DNA from: Holophagaceae bacterium
Lineage (GTDB): Bacteria > Acidobacteriota > Holophagae > Holophagales > Holophagaceae
DNA: 64,000 bases
Assembly (NCBI GenBank): GCA_016710635.1
Contig: JADJVL010000001.1
Span: forward strand, 176,236 to 240,235
Direction: 5' to 3'
Part shown: positions 10,928 to 30,021 of the stretch, one piece after another
Numbering within the stretch: the first letter of the stretch is position 1
Layout of the letters: each line of letters starts with the position of its first letter
Notes under the pieces: generated by a model
What the model was told of the DNA's origin: nothing
Database searches by the model: none
What the model saw: only the letters and a program-made list of their open reading frames with translations
Position numbers and translations under genes: made by a program

Positions 10928-11317
10928 TTACTTCTTCGCCGCGCCGGCCTTAGGCCGCTTCGCGCCGTACTTGGAACGGGACTGGTTGCGGCCCGCGACG
11001 CCGGTGGCGTCCAGGGTTCCGCGGACCACGTGGTAGCGCACGCCGGGCAGATCCTTCACGCGGCCGCCGCGGATGAGCACGATGCTGTGCTCCTGCAGGT
11101 TGTGGCCCACGCCGGGGATGTAGGTCGTGCACTCGATGCCGTTGGTGAGCCGCACGCGGGCCACCTTGCGAAGGGCCGAGTTCGGCTTCTTCGGGGTGGT
11201 GGTGAAGACGCGCGTGCACACGCCGCGCTTCTGGGGGCACGAGTCGAGCGCGGGGCTCTTGGTCTTGTTGATGAAGGTCTTCCGCCCGTGGCGGATGAGC
11301 TGATTGATGGTTGGCAC
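10928..11317 (-). CDS. rpsL: 30S ribosomal protein S12
   Basis: 129-aa ORF starting [13 protein letters not shown], with [17 protein letters not shown]. Confidence 0.98.
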   Translation of the reverse strand: MPTINQLIRHGRKTFINKTKSPALDSCPQKRGVCTRVFTTTPKKPNSALRKVARVRLTNGIECTTYIPGVGHNLQEHSIVLIRGGRVKDLPGVRYHVVRGTLDATGVAGRNQSRSKYGAKRPKAGAAKK

Positions 11318-11482
11318 ACCATCCTCCTAGAGAGGCCGCCCGGAATTGGACCCCGGAACGGGGTTATCGGCCTGGACCCGAGAGGTCGTCGGGAGCATGT
11401 CCCTCGACGTCGAGTGGATGAACAGACCAGCCCTGGACAGGGCCGGAATCTTCAAGGCTACCAGGGAGCCGCCTTGAGTCAA

Positions 11483-11815
11483 TCAGGTATTCCCCGGACC
11501 AGGCGCTCCCGGGCCGGGCTCCTTCGCGGCAACTGGCGGGGCTGCGGGAGCGGGGCTGGCGGACGCCTCGGTCTTCGCCGCATCCGCGGCGGGCCCCTGT
11601 GCGGCCTCGCCTGCGGACGCCTTGGCGGGTCCCTCTCCATACCCGCCGGCGTACCAGCCCTGCCCGGCGAGCACGAAGGCGGTTCTGGAGATCAGCCGCT
11701 TCATGCCGCCGGGCGCTGCGCATGTGGGGCAGTCGTGCGCCTCGGGGGCGCCCACCGGCTGGATGCGTTCCTCCTGGGAACCGCAATCCGCGCAGGAATA
11801 CTCGTAAATCGGCAT
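11483..11815 (-). CDS. FmdB-family zinc-ribbon protein with an Ala/Pro-rich tail
   Basis: The N-terminus MPIYEYSCADCG...HDCPTCAAPGGMKRLIS has the CxxC...CxxC FmdB/CxxC_CxxC_SSSS pattern. The C-terminal half is low complexity. Confidence 0.8.
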   Translation of the reverse strand: MPIYEYSCADCGSQEERIQPVGAPEAHDCPTCAAPGGMKRLISRTAFVLAGQGWYAGGYGEGPAKASAGEAAQGPAADAAKTEASASPAPAAPPVAAKEPGPGAPGPGNT

Positions 11816-11863
11816 GGGTTCCTCAAAACTCCCGCGGGGCCCGCGGGTTTAACATCTTAAGCC

Positions 11864-12370
11864 ATGGACCCATCCACGACCCTCGCCAACTTCCATTCCA
11901 GCGCCCAGGAACTGCTCCAGGCCTTGCCCCGCCGCCCCAGCCCCCTGTGCTTCACCAATGGCTGCTTCGATCTGATCCACCCCGGCCATGTGCAATACCT
12001 CGAAGATGCCCGGGCCCTCGGAGCCTTCCTGGTGGTCGGCCTGAACAGCGATGCGTCCGTGGCCCGCCTGAAGGGACCCAGCCGCCCGGTCCAGGACCAG
12101 TGGGCCCGGGCAAGGATCCTCCTGGGCCTGCGCAGCGTAGACGCGGTCGTGCTCTTCGAGGAGGACACGCCGCTTCAACTCATCTCCGCCCTCCGCCCCG
12201 AGGTGCTGGTCAAGGGCGGCGACTATCTTCCCGAGAACGTGGTCGGGAGGGATGTCGTGGAATTGGCAGGAGGCCGGCTGGTCTTGATCCCATTCCTGGC
12301 CGGACACAGCACCTCCAGGATCGTGGACCGCATCCGTTCGGGCATCGGAGTCCTTGGCCAGGATCGCTGA
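11864..12370 (+). CDS. hldC: D-glycero-beta-D-manno-heptose-1-phosphate adenylyltransferase (stand-alone RfaE/HldE domain II, cytidylyltransferase fold)
   Basis: 168-aa ORF with [16 protein letters not shown] (HxGH nucleotidyltransferase motif), VVGLNSD, and GHSTSRIV near the C-terminus. No kinase domain I is attached. Confidence 0.8.
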   Translation: MDPSTTLANFHSSAQELLQALPRRPSPLCFTNGCFDLIHPGHVQYLEDARALGAFLVVGLNSDASVARLKGPSRPVQDQWARARILLGLRSVDAVVLFEEDTPLQLISALRPEVLVKGGDYLPENVVGRDVVELAGGRLVLIPFLAGHSTSRIVDRIRSGIGVLGQDR

Positions 12371-12611
12371 CCATTGGAAAATCTTCGTCATAGTGGTTTA
12401 ACCTGTTTCTTAAAATTAATCCAAAAACCGTATTAATATAAAATCAAAGGTACTTCATTATCATAAACATATTGGCCTAAGTATTGCTAAATCCCATGCT
12501 CACCCCGGTATTTGTTTGGCAACTCGGGAACTTTTCGAGAAGATCGACCTTAATCACTTTTCCACCTCTCGGGGGAGCACCCCGGAAATCGGCTTGCCAG
12601 GAGGCACACCC
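12371..12611 (+). promoter_or_regulatory. AT-rich intergenic island and 5' leader of the giant lipoprotein gene (presumed promoter region)
   Basis: By my hand count, 12371..12480 is about 28 percent G+C, set in DNA of roughly two-thirds G+C. AGGAGG at 12599..12604 lies 7 nt before the ATG at 12612. I could not place exact -35/-10 boxes. Confidence 0.5.
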
Positions 12612-13655
12612 ATGAACCGTCAGACCCTTCGCACCACAGCCGGTATCGGCTCCATCTCGGCGCTCGCGCTGGTGATGGTCGCTTGCGGCGGCAGCAGTTC
12701 GTCCGCGCCGCAGCAGCCCGCCAACCAGGCCCCCAGCAAGCCGCTGATCAGCACGGGCCCGACCACGGCGATCACCAAGCACGAGTACATCTACAACCTG
12801 ACCTCGACGGATCCCGAGGGTGATGCGATCACCTTCTCGCTGAGCCCGGCGAACACGGAAGCGACGATCACGGGGAACACGCTGAAGTACCGTCCGAATG
12901 TTCCGACGGCGCAGACGGTGACCCTGTCGGTGCTCGCGACGGACAGCAAGGGCGCGGCGTCGACGCCGGGCACGGTGGCGGTGAACGTGCTCCTGAACCG
13001 GGCTCCCGTGTTCAGCAGCCCGACCTCCTTCAGCCTGACGGGCAGCGGCGCGGCGATTCCGCCGGCCTTCAACTACGCGGCTTCCGCGGTGGATCCTGAC
13101 GGCGACACGGTGACCTACTCCCAGCAGGGCACGGCGACGGCGGTGGACAACGCCGGCGGCGCGGTGGCGGGCATCACGGCGACGGTGAACGCGACGACGG
13201 GCATCACGACCTTCACAGGCGCGGTGCCTGCGGGCAGGACTTCGGTGACGATCACCTTCACGGTGCGCGCGACGGACACGGTGGCCTCGGGCTTCACCGG
13301 CGACTTCTCGGACCGCGTGGTGACGGCGACGTACTTCTCGGGCAACCTCGCGCCGGTGATCGCGGCTTCGTCGATCCCCGCGGTGCCGCAGAACCACGGG
13401 ATCCCGGCTCCGGGCTTCCAGTTCATCGCGACGGACGCGAACCCCGGCGACACGCAGGTCTGGTCGGCGCCTTCGGGCCTGCCGACGGGCTTCGCGCTGA
13501 CGGCGGCGGGCAAGCTGACGTGGACGACGAACTTCGCGTCGGGCGCGGACTTCGGCGCGCGGCAGGTGACGGTGCGCGTGACGGACAGCGGCGGTCTTTC
13601 GGACACGCGGACGTTCACGATCAACGTGATCCAGGACCCAAGCCGAACTTCGTGA
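12612..13655 (+). CDS. Giant surface lipoprotein, N-terminal segment (signal peptide plus cadherin-like repeats), ending prematurely after a frame break
   Basis: MNRQTLRTTAGIGSISALALVMVACGGSSSS is a lipoprotein-type signal with Cys. About three repeats of roughly 95-110 aa carry TDPEGDAITFSL, VDPDGDTVTYSQ and VTVRVTDSGGLSDTRTFTINV motifs. The stop at 13653..13655 comes 6 codons after a repeat boundary. Confidence 0.85.
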   Translation: MNRQTLRTTAGIGSISALALVMVACGGSSSSAPQQPANQAPSKPLISTGPTTAITKHEYIYNLTSTDPEGDAITFSLSPANTEATITGNTLKYRPNVPTAQTVTLSVLATDSKGAASTPGTVAVNVLLNRAPVFSSPTSFSLTGSGAAIPPAFNYAASAVDPDGDTVTYSQQGTATAVDNAGGAVAGITATVNATTGITTFTGAVPAGRTSVTITFTVRATDTVASGFTGDFSDRVVTATYFSGNLAPVIAASSIPAVPQNHGIPAPGFQFIATDANPGDTQVWSAPSGLPTGFALTAAGKLTWTTNFASGADFGARQVTVRVTDSGGLSDTRTFTINVIQDPSRTS

Positions 13656-16600
13656 CGCAGACGTACACGGAAACCGTGGGCGGCGCAGTTCTTCGATCCG
13701 GAGCCGGGTGCGCCAGCGAAGTGACGAGCCGTCTGCGCTTCACGCTCCTCGACAACGACGCGACGGACAGCGAGTTCTTCTCCGACGTGACGCAGCAGCA
13801 GAAGGGCTGGCGCGCGAACGTGCTGGCGAGCGACTCCGAGAACGACGCGATCCGCTACTCGCTGGAAGCGAACTCGGTGTTCCGCCACGGCACGGCGCAC
13901 ACCAACACGTCGGACGTGAACTTCCCCGGCGTGGACCCCAACACCGGCGAGATCCTCTGGACCGCGAACCGCCAGCGCTACAACGACGGCGCGAACGCCG
14001 CGGGCGACCAGTCGATCACCAACAACTTCCTGTTCCACGACTACAGCGAGTACGAATTCGGCGATTCGGTGCGCAACCGGCTGGACGCGTCCAACTGGTC
14101 GTTCACGATCCGCGCGCAGCAGCTGATCGGCGGCCAGGAGACCCCGGGCCAGTTCAACACGAACACCCTGGTGATCAAGGTGCAGCCCAATGACCGTCCC
14201 TGGGTCGGCGCGCTGGACGTGATCCAGGGCGCGTCCCTCTCCTACGGCGTGTACGTGGGCGGCGGCAGCGCGGTCGCCGGCATCGGCCGTCCCGCCATCC
14301 AGGAACCGGTGGCTTCGGACACCTCCACCCCCGGCACCGCCTCGGCCTGGATCTGGGCCATGCAGGATCCCGGCAGCCTGCCCCTCACCAGCACCCAGAA
14401 CGACTACTCCATCTACGACCCCAACAAGTCCTCGATCGACGGCCACCAGGACGCGATCCAGGTGAACTTCGGCACGCGCACGCTGATTTCGGACGTGGCG
14501 GGCATCGACTACCTCGTGTCGGGCAACCTGGACACGAACCCGACCTACCCGGCGGCGGATCCGACGACGAACTTCCCGGCCTTCGACGCCGCCAACAGCA
14601 CGCCGAACGGCTTCTACAACCCCTGGATCGGGACCGGTCTCGGCAACTTCGTGGTGACCTGGGCGCCGGTGCGCATCCAGTACACCCTGAGCCGCTACAT
14701 CGGCCTGGGCTCCTACGGCTTCGGCATCGCCGCCGAGGACCAGTACGGCCGCGCGAACTCCGCCCAGCGCAACATCTTCCCCGTCTTCGGCACGGTCAAG
14801 TTCTTCAACAGCCGCTTCCGCTTCCGCGGCGACTCCACCGGCGGGGATCTGTCCGATTCCATCCGTGGCGAGTACACCACCTCCGGCAACACCGAGACGT
14901 CGTACAGCGGTGCATACGGCATCGAGCGCTACGTCTTCAGCTACATCCCCTACGGCGTGAGCAACGACATCTTCCGGCGTGAATACGTGGACATCAACAC
15001 CACGGTCACCTACGGCTCCGACCTCTTCGGCAACGCGAATGCCGGCGGCCCCGGCGCCATCAAGGTTGGTGACGGCAAGGAAGGCTCCCGGAAGCTCGGG
15101 ATCAGCAACATCCCCGTGGCTGGCAACGGCGGTCCCTCCGCCGGTACCCAGATCACCTACAACTTCGGGAACAACATCAATCAGGCGTCGGCCCGCCTCC
15201 TGGCGGCCGGCCCCAAGGGCCTGGGCGCCTCCCGCGCCATGGGCGCCGCGCTTCCCACCACGGGCGGCGCCTACGTCATGCCGGTGCCCACCGAGCTCAA
15301 GCAGAAGATCGCGGCCTTCAATGCCAAGATCGTCTCCTTCGGCGGCGTCGCCCTTCCGCCGGCCTCCCTGCCCAGCGCGGCTGGCAGTTCGACGGAGAAG
15401 TCGGGCAAGGCGCTTCCGCTCTACACCCTGCCCCTCGGCCTCTACACCGCCGGCAGCTGGCACACGCCCGATGGCCTGGATGACGGCTCCTCTGCCCTCT
15501 ACTCGCCGAACCCCCTCAACGAAGAGCTGAACCCCGCGCCTCGCGCGGCGGGCGTGGTGGGCACCCCCACCGGCTACACCGGTTCTGGCTTCGTCCAGTT
15601 CCGCGGCGGCACCCCCGAAGCCAATCTGGCCCGGCCGAACGTGCAGCAGGTGCCCGTGAATCCTAGCGGCCCCTACTCCAACAACGAAGCCGACGCGAAG
15701 GTCATCCCCAGCAATTCGCCCTACCTCTTCGCGCACACCACGGGCCTCTCCCCCACCGTGGCCAATGACGGGTTCAGCGCTTCACGCTACCCCGGCTTCC
15801 CCGCCCAGCATTTCCTGGAGGACATCGCCTTCCGGCAGTTCGTGCACCAGTTCCCGAAGAGCCGCTGGTACGCCGGCAAGGTGCAGAGCGAGATCGACTA
15901 CCACCAGCAGGTTCCCGGCCGGGCGATCTACTACTCCGGCAGCGAGTCCGCCAGTGGCTTCCAGAACTTCGACGGCTTCGCCGTGGGCATGGGTGCCACC
16001 ACGGACTCCCGCCTCCGGTACAGCTACACCTGGCCGACCATCGTCACCTCGTCCGCCGCGGGCTATCCCTCCGTTTCCACTGCGAACCTGTTCAACGAGC
16101 AGGACGTGATGCAGGTGGCCACGCCCAACATGAGTGGCAATGCCCGCTTCTTCTTCACGGGCAACTACCCCGCCGCCGGCGGCGGTCCCCTGCCCTTGGC
16201 CGAGAATGATCCCCTCAACTACTTCGGCAAGATGGGCTACCCCGTCAGCACCGGCGTGACGTTCACCGGCAGTGGCGTCACCGTCACCACCCCCGCGAGT
16301 CCCGTCCACCAGCCCATCCACGTGGTGACCGATTCCCTCTGGGTGCCCAACAACGCGGACCTGCACCTGAACTTCCCCAACGCCTACTCCACCCCCGCGG
16401 GTGGCGGCAACAACACGGAAGTGCCTTTCAGCGGCATCCGCGGTTACGCCCAGCTCTCCTTCCGCTACGCCTTCTTCAACCAGTTCGGCACCGAGCAGTC
16501 CCTGGACAACGATTCCGGCGACTACAACTCCCTCCTGGTCGGCAACGCGGTCGGCTCCGGCTGGCCCTTCACGCCGACTGCGATGTCCAATGACGCGAAC

Positions 16601-18037
16601 GCGAACCCGGGCAACATCAGCACCGCCTCCGGGGACCGCGTCTTCTTCGTCTGGATGAAGAAGGATGCCGTCTTCGCCACCGCCCCCAACGCTTACGCCA
16701 CCTGGGGCGGTTCCGTCCTCACCGCCGGCAGTGTCGTGGATGCCCGCGGTGGCCGCACCACCGCCCCCGCCTTCAACATGCGGAACGCGGGCCTGACCAT
16801 CACCAACGCCCAGATCTCCTTCGCCAAGCTCAACGAACAGCTCGGGGCGCCGAACCAGCCCCTGAACAGCAGCACCTCCATCCTCAACTGGCGCCGCAGC
16901 GAGTTCGAACTGCTTCGGAACATCGTCGGGGCTCCGGCCCAGTTCGGCCTGGCCGCCCGGGTAAAGCTGCTGGATCCGGCCACGGATGTGACCGCCCCCC
17001 CGACCACGGTGTCCACCTTCGACGACACCACCGTGAACACCATCGACGGCTACATGCAGAACAGCCTCGTGGTCTACGGCATCAAGGACCGCGGCACCAA
17101 GACCGTCCAGAACGGCGCGACCTACTCCAGCCAGCTGGGTGAGACGGGCATCGAGCCCGGCGCCCCCGTCCTGGCCCAGTGGTGGAACACGGGCAATGGT
17201 GACGTCGCCGTCAGCGCCTTCCCGAACGTGATGAAGGCCTACGCCACCGAATGGCTGCCCTCCGAGTACGTGGAAGTCGTCCACGTGAACCACAACTTCG
17301 TCGCCAAGGTCGAGACCCCCTTCAGCACCCCGACCACGCCCGTCCTGAAGCGCCTCATGCAGATCGGCCTCATCGCCCCCAAGGGCCACGATCTGCTGAC
17401 TGGCTCCACGGGCGGCAGCCTGAAGCCCGTGGTCACGCCGGTCCGCCAGCTCTACATCAATGACCTGGTCACCAACTACGCCGACGGCAATCCCGCCGGC
17501 AACATCGGCACCATGCTGGACATCTTCAACGGCAATGCCGTGAACGGCATCTCGGGCGCTCCCGCCCTGACCGCGCCCTCCTACAAGGTGGCGGATGGCA
17601 ACTTCACCGGTTCCGGCGACTTCACCATCAACGGCTACTCCAGCGTCCAGCTCTCCTGGCAGCCCGCCGTCAATGACCTGCGCCAGCCGAGCGGGTACAT
17701 CGTCACCATCTACAACGCTGCAACGCCCATCTTTGGCGTGCCGCTCCGTGAAGTCCGCGTGGGCCACACCGGCGGCATCGGCGCCCGCCAGGTCCTGAAC
17801 CTCCCGCCCTTCTCGGTGATGGAGCAGTTCCTGCAGCCCGGCCTCATGGAAGGCTCCCTCCCCGGCCTCCGCGCTCCTTATGTCATCAAGGTGCGGAACG
17901 TCTGGATGGAAGGTTCGGAAGGCGCTGGCGCTCCCGGCGGAGCCCACAGCTTCGACATGGGCAAGGCGCCCTTCGCCACCCGTTTCCCCATGGCCTACGC
18001 CGATGTCCTGTCCGGCGTGTTCATCGTCCGTTTCTAG
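13637..18037 (+). CDS. Giant surface lipoprotein, main body in the -1 frame (continuation of 12612..13655); function unknown
   Basis: The frame open since 13520 reads PKPNFVTQTYTE from 13637 and continues the repeat architecture (LLDNDATDSEFF, SDSENDAIRYSLE, VIKVQPNDRPWV). About 1,250 aa of Gly/Asn/Thr/Ser/Tyr-rich sequence follow with no motif I recognise, ending in GVFIVRF. Confidence 0.85.
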   Translation, partial: PKPNFVTQTYTETVGGAVLRSGAGCASEVTSRLRFTLLDNDATDSEFFSDVTQQQKGWRANVLASDSENDAIRYSLEANSVFRHGTAHTNTSDVNFPGVDPNTGEILWTANRQRYNDGANAAGDQSITNNFLFHDYSEYEFGDSVRNRLDASNWSFTIRAQQLIGGQETPGQFNTNTLVIKVQPNDRPWVGALDVIQGASLSYGVYVGGGSAVAGIGRPAIQEPVASDTSTPGTASAWIWAMQDPGSLPLTSTQNDYSIYDPNKSSIDGHQDAIQVNFGTRTLISDVAGIDYLVSGNLDTNPTYPAADPTTNFPAFDAANSTPNGFYNPWIGTGLGNFVVTWAPVRIQYTLSRYIGLGSYGFGIAAEDQYGRANSAQRNIFPVFGTVKFFNSRFRFRGDSTGGDLSDSIRGEYTTSGNTETSYSGAYGIERYVFSYIPYGVSNDIFRREYVDINTTVTYGSDLFGNANAGGPGAIKVGDGKEGSRKLGISNIPVAGNGGPSAGTQITYNFGNNINQASARLLAAGPKGLGASRAMGAALPTTGGAYVMPVPTELKQKIAAFNAKIVSFGGVALPPASLPSAAGSSTEKSGKALPLYTLPLGLYTAGSWHTPDGLDDGSSALYSPNPLNEELNPAPRAAGVVGTPTGYTGSGFVQFRGGTPEANLARPNVQQVPVNPSGPYSNNEADAKVIPSNSPYLFAHTTGLSPTVANDGFSASRYPGFPAQHFLEDIAFRQFVHQFPKSRWYAGKVQSEIDYHQQVPGRAIYYSGSESASGFQNFDGFAVGMGATTDSRLRYSYTWPTIVTSSAAGYPSVSTANLFNEQDVMQVATPNMSGNARFFFTGNYPAAGGGPLPLAENDPLNYFGKMGYPVSTGVTFTGSGVTVTTPASPVHQPIHVVTDSLWVPNNADLHLNFPNAYSTPAGGGNNTEVPFSGIRGYAQLSFRYAFFNQFGTEQSLDNDSGDYNSLLVGNAVGSGWPFTPTAMSNDANANPGNISTASGDRVFFVWMKKDAVFATAPNAYATWGGSVLTAGSVVDARGGRTTAPAFNMRNAGLTITNAQISFAKLNEQLGAPNQPLNSSTSILNWRRSEFELLRNIVGAPAQFGLAARVKLLDPATDVTAPPTTVSTFDDTTVNTIDGYMQNSLVVYGIKDRGTKTVQNGATYSSQLGETGIEPGAPVLAQWWNTGNGDVAVSAFPNVMKAYATEWLPSEYVEVVHVNHNFVAKVETPFSTPTTPVLKRLMQIGLIAPKGHDLLTGSTGGSLKPVVTPVRQLYINDLVTNYADGNPAGNIGTMLDIFNGNAVNGISGAPALTAPSYKVADGNFTGSGDFTINGYSSVQLSWQPAVNDLRQPSGYIVTIYNAATPIFGVPLREVRVGHTGGIGARQVLNLPPFSVMEQFLQPGLMEGSLPGLRAPYVIKVRNVWMEGSEGAGAPGGAHSFDMGKAPFATRFPMAYADVLSGVFIVRF

Positions 18038-18057
18038 TCCCAAGATCCCTCGGATCG

Positions 18058-18083
18058 GAAAGGGCCCCGCAAGGGGCCCTTTC
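18058..18083 (+). terminator. Rho-independent-type terminator of the giant lipoprotein gene
   Basis: gaaagggcccc-gcaa-ggggccctttc forms an 11-bp stem followed by a T-rich ctcttg, 21 nt after the stop codon. Confidence 0.55.
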
Positions 18084-18106
18084 TCTTGTCCGCGGCCAGC
18101 AGCTTT

Positions 18107-18158
18107 CCCCCACCCAAAGGAAAGGCCCCCGATCGGGGGCCTTTCCTTTGGGTGGGGG
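18107..18158 (-). terminator. Very long perfect hairpin at the 3' end of pnp (terminator or 3' stabiliser)
   Basis: cccccacccaaaggaaaggccccc-gatc-gggggcctttcctttgggtggggg forms a 24-bp perfect stem, 9 nt downstream of the pnp stop. There is no clear U tract on either strand. Confidence 0.5.
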
Positions 18159-18166
18159 CTGGAAGC

Positions 18167-20275
<2,109 letters not shown>

Positions 20276-20459
20276 GGAGACTCCTGGCCGCCCGATGCGG
20301 ACCAAAGGGCCTGCCTCCGACGATCCCTCCATGAAACCCTCCGGCCACAAGGATTGGGGGAGGTGGGCTTCTTGCAGAGGTCGTTGCCTCGGAGGGAGGC
20401 GGTTGATTTTTCTGGCAACTTCCAGAATAGCAGCGGAAAAGGGGTTCCTCTAACGCGAA

Positions 20460-20484
20460 GAAGCCCCGGCGGGGCCGGGGCTTC
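20460..20484 (-). terminator. Stem-loop downstream of rpoC (candidate rpoBC terminator)
   Basis: gaagccccgg-cgggg-ccggggcttc forms a 10-bp GC-rich stem 25 nt after the rpoC stop. On the minus strand it is followed by ttcgcgtt. Confidence 0.45.
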
Positions 20485-20508
20485 TCGTCCTGCTGCCGCG
20501 CGGGAGCG

Positions 20509-24726
<4,218 letters not shown>

Positions 24727-24784
24727 GAGGGCCTCTTCAGTCCGGCTGGGTCAATCGGGGGTTTCGGGCGGCGGTCGGTCAGGA

Positions 24785-29242
<4,458 letters not shown>

Positions 29243-29546
29243 GGTTCACTCCGGGAGATCAGTGTCCGGTCGGGGAGGCTGGTAGGGCTCAGGCTCCGAA
29301 CGACGGGCCACCTGGAGGACGGGGCAAAGAACTTAATGGGTATGGGAGAAGTGCAAAAGCGGACACGGGACGGAACCCAGCACCGCGACAGGCCGAAGGC
29401 CGGATCCCGTCTTAGGGGAGCCGGCGGAACCGCCTTTCGATGGCGCAGGAGGGATCGTTCAATCGCTGCCCTTGGGGTCGTGCAACGCCCTGGGAGGAAG
29501 ACCAGGGCAAAGGAAGAATCATACCGCTATCTAGGGAGACACGCAA

Positions 29547-29575
29547 AGGGTAAGACGCCATGGGCGCCTTACCCT
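29547..29575 (-). terminator. rplL-rpoB intergenic stem-loop (attenuator-type partial terminator)
   Basis: agggtaagacgcca/tggcgccttaccct is an imperfect palindrome (one mismatch) 24 nt downstream of the rplL stop, followed on the minus strand by ttgcgtgt. The position matches the classical rplL-rpoB attenuator. Confidence 0.4.
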
Positions 29576-29598
29576 CGCGAGTATCCCAGTTCCAAGGC

Positions 29599-29976
29599 TT
29601 ACTTGATGGTGACCTTGGCGCCAGCGGCTTCGAGCTTTTCCTTGATCTTGCCGGCTTCTTCCTTGGACACGCCCTCCTTGACCATCTTGGGAGCGCCGTC
29701 CACCAGGTCCTTGGCCTCTTTCAGGCCCAGGCCGGAGACGATCTCGCGGACCGCCTTGATGACGTTCAGCTTGTTGGCGCCGCCTTCGGTGAGTTCGACG
29801 TTGAACTCGGTCTGCTCTTCGACGGCGGCGGCGGGGGCGCCAGCGCCACCGGCGGGAGCGGCCATGGCCGCGGCAGAGACGCCGAAGCGCTCTTCCAGGG
29901 CCTTGACCAGGTTCGCCAGGTCGAGCACGGTCATGGTTTCGATTTCAGCAATGAGCTGGTCGGCAGTGAGAGCCAT
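29599..29976 (-). CDS. rplL: 50S ribosomal protein L7/L12
   Basis: 125-aa ORF with an Ala-rich hinge and a C-terminal [23 protein letters not shown]...[11 protein letters not shown]. Confidence 0.98.
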   Translation of the reverse strand: MALTADQLIAEIETMTVLDLANLVKALEERFGVSAAAMAAPAGGAGAPAAAVEEQTEFNVELTEGGANKLNVIKAVREIVSGLGLKEAKDLVDGAPKMVKEGVSKEEAGKIKEKLEAAGAKVTIK

Positions 29977-30021
29977 GATGGCCTCCTAGAATTGAAAAGG
30001 TGTGGGTTCGGGGTTGGATGA

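Noticed and set aside
12514-12535. A sigma-54 promoter-like TGGCA (tttggcaactcgggaac) upstream of the giant gene, and a similar TGGCAgaattGCg at 39356..39368.
   Set aside because: The spacing between the GG and GC elements does not fit the TGGCAC-N5-TTGC consensus in either case (AC in place of GC at 12514; the GG and GC dinucleotides start only 9 nt apart, versus 12 in the consensus, at 39356).
13630-13645. Programmed -1 ribosomal frameshifting as the explanation for the frame break in the giant gene.
   Set aside because: There is no X_XXY_YYZ slippery heptamer at the junction (ATC CAG GAC CCA) and no obvious downstream pseudoknot or hairpin. An indel in the CCC run is simpler.
13115-18043. 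Two long minus-strand ORFs (13115..15736 and 15782..18043) antisense to the giant lipoprotein gene.
   Set aside because: The plus-strand frame carries a signal peptide, an SD and periodic cadherin-like repeats. The antisense products are Gly/Ala/Arg/Val-rich with no features, so they are shadow ORFs.
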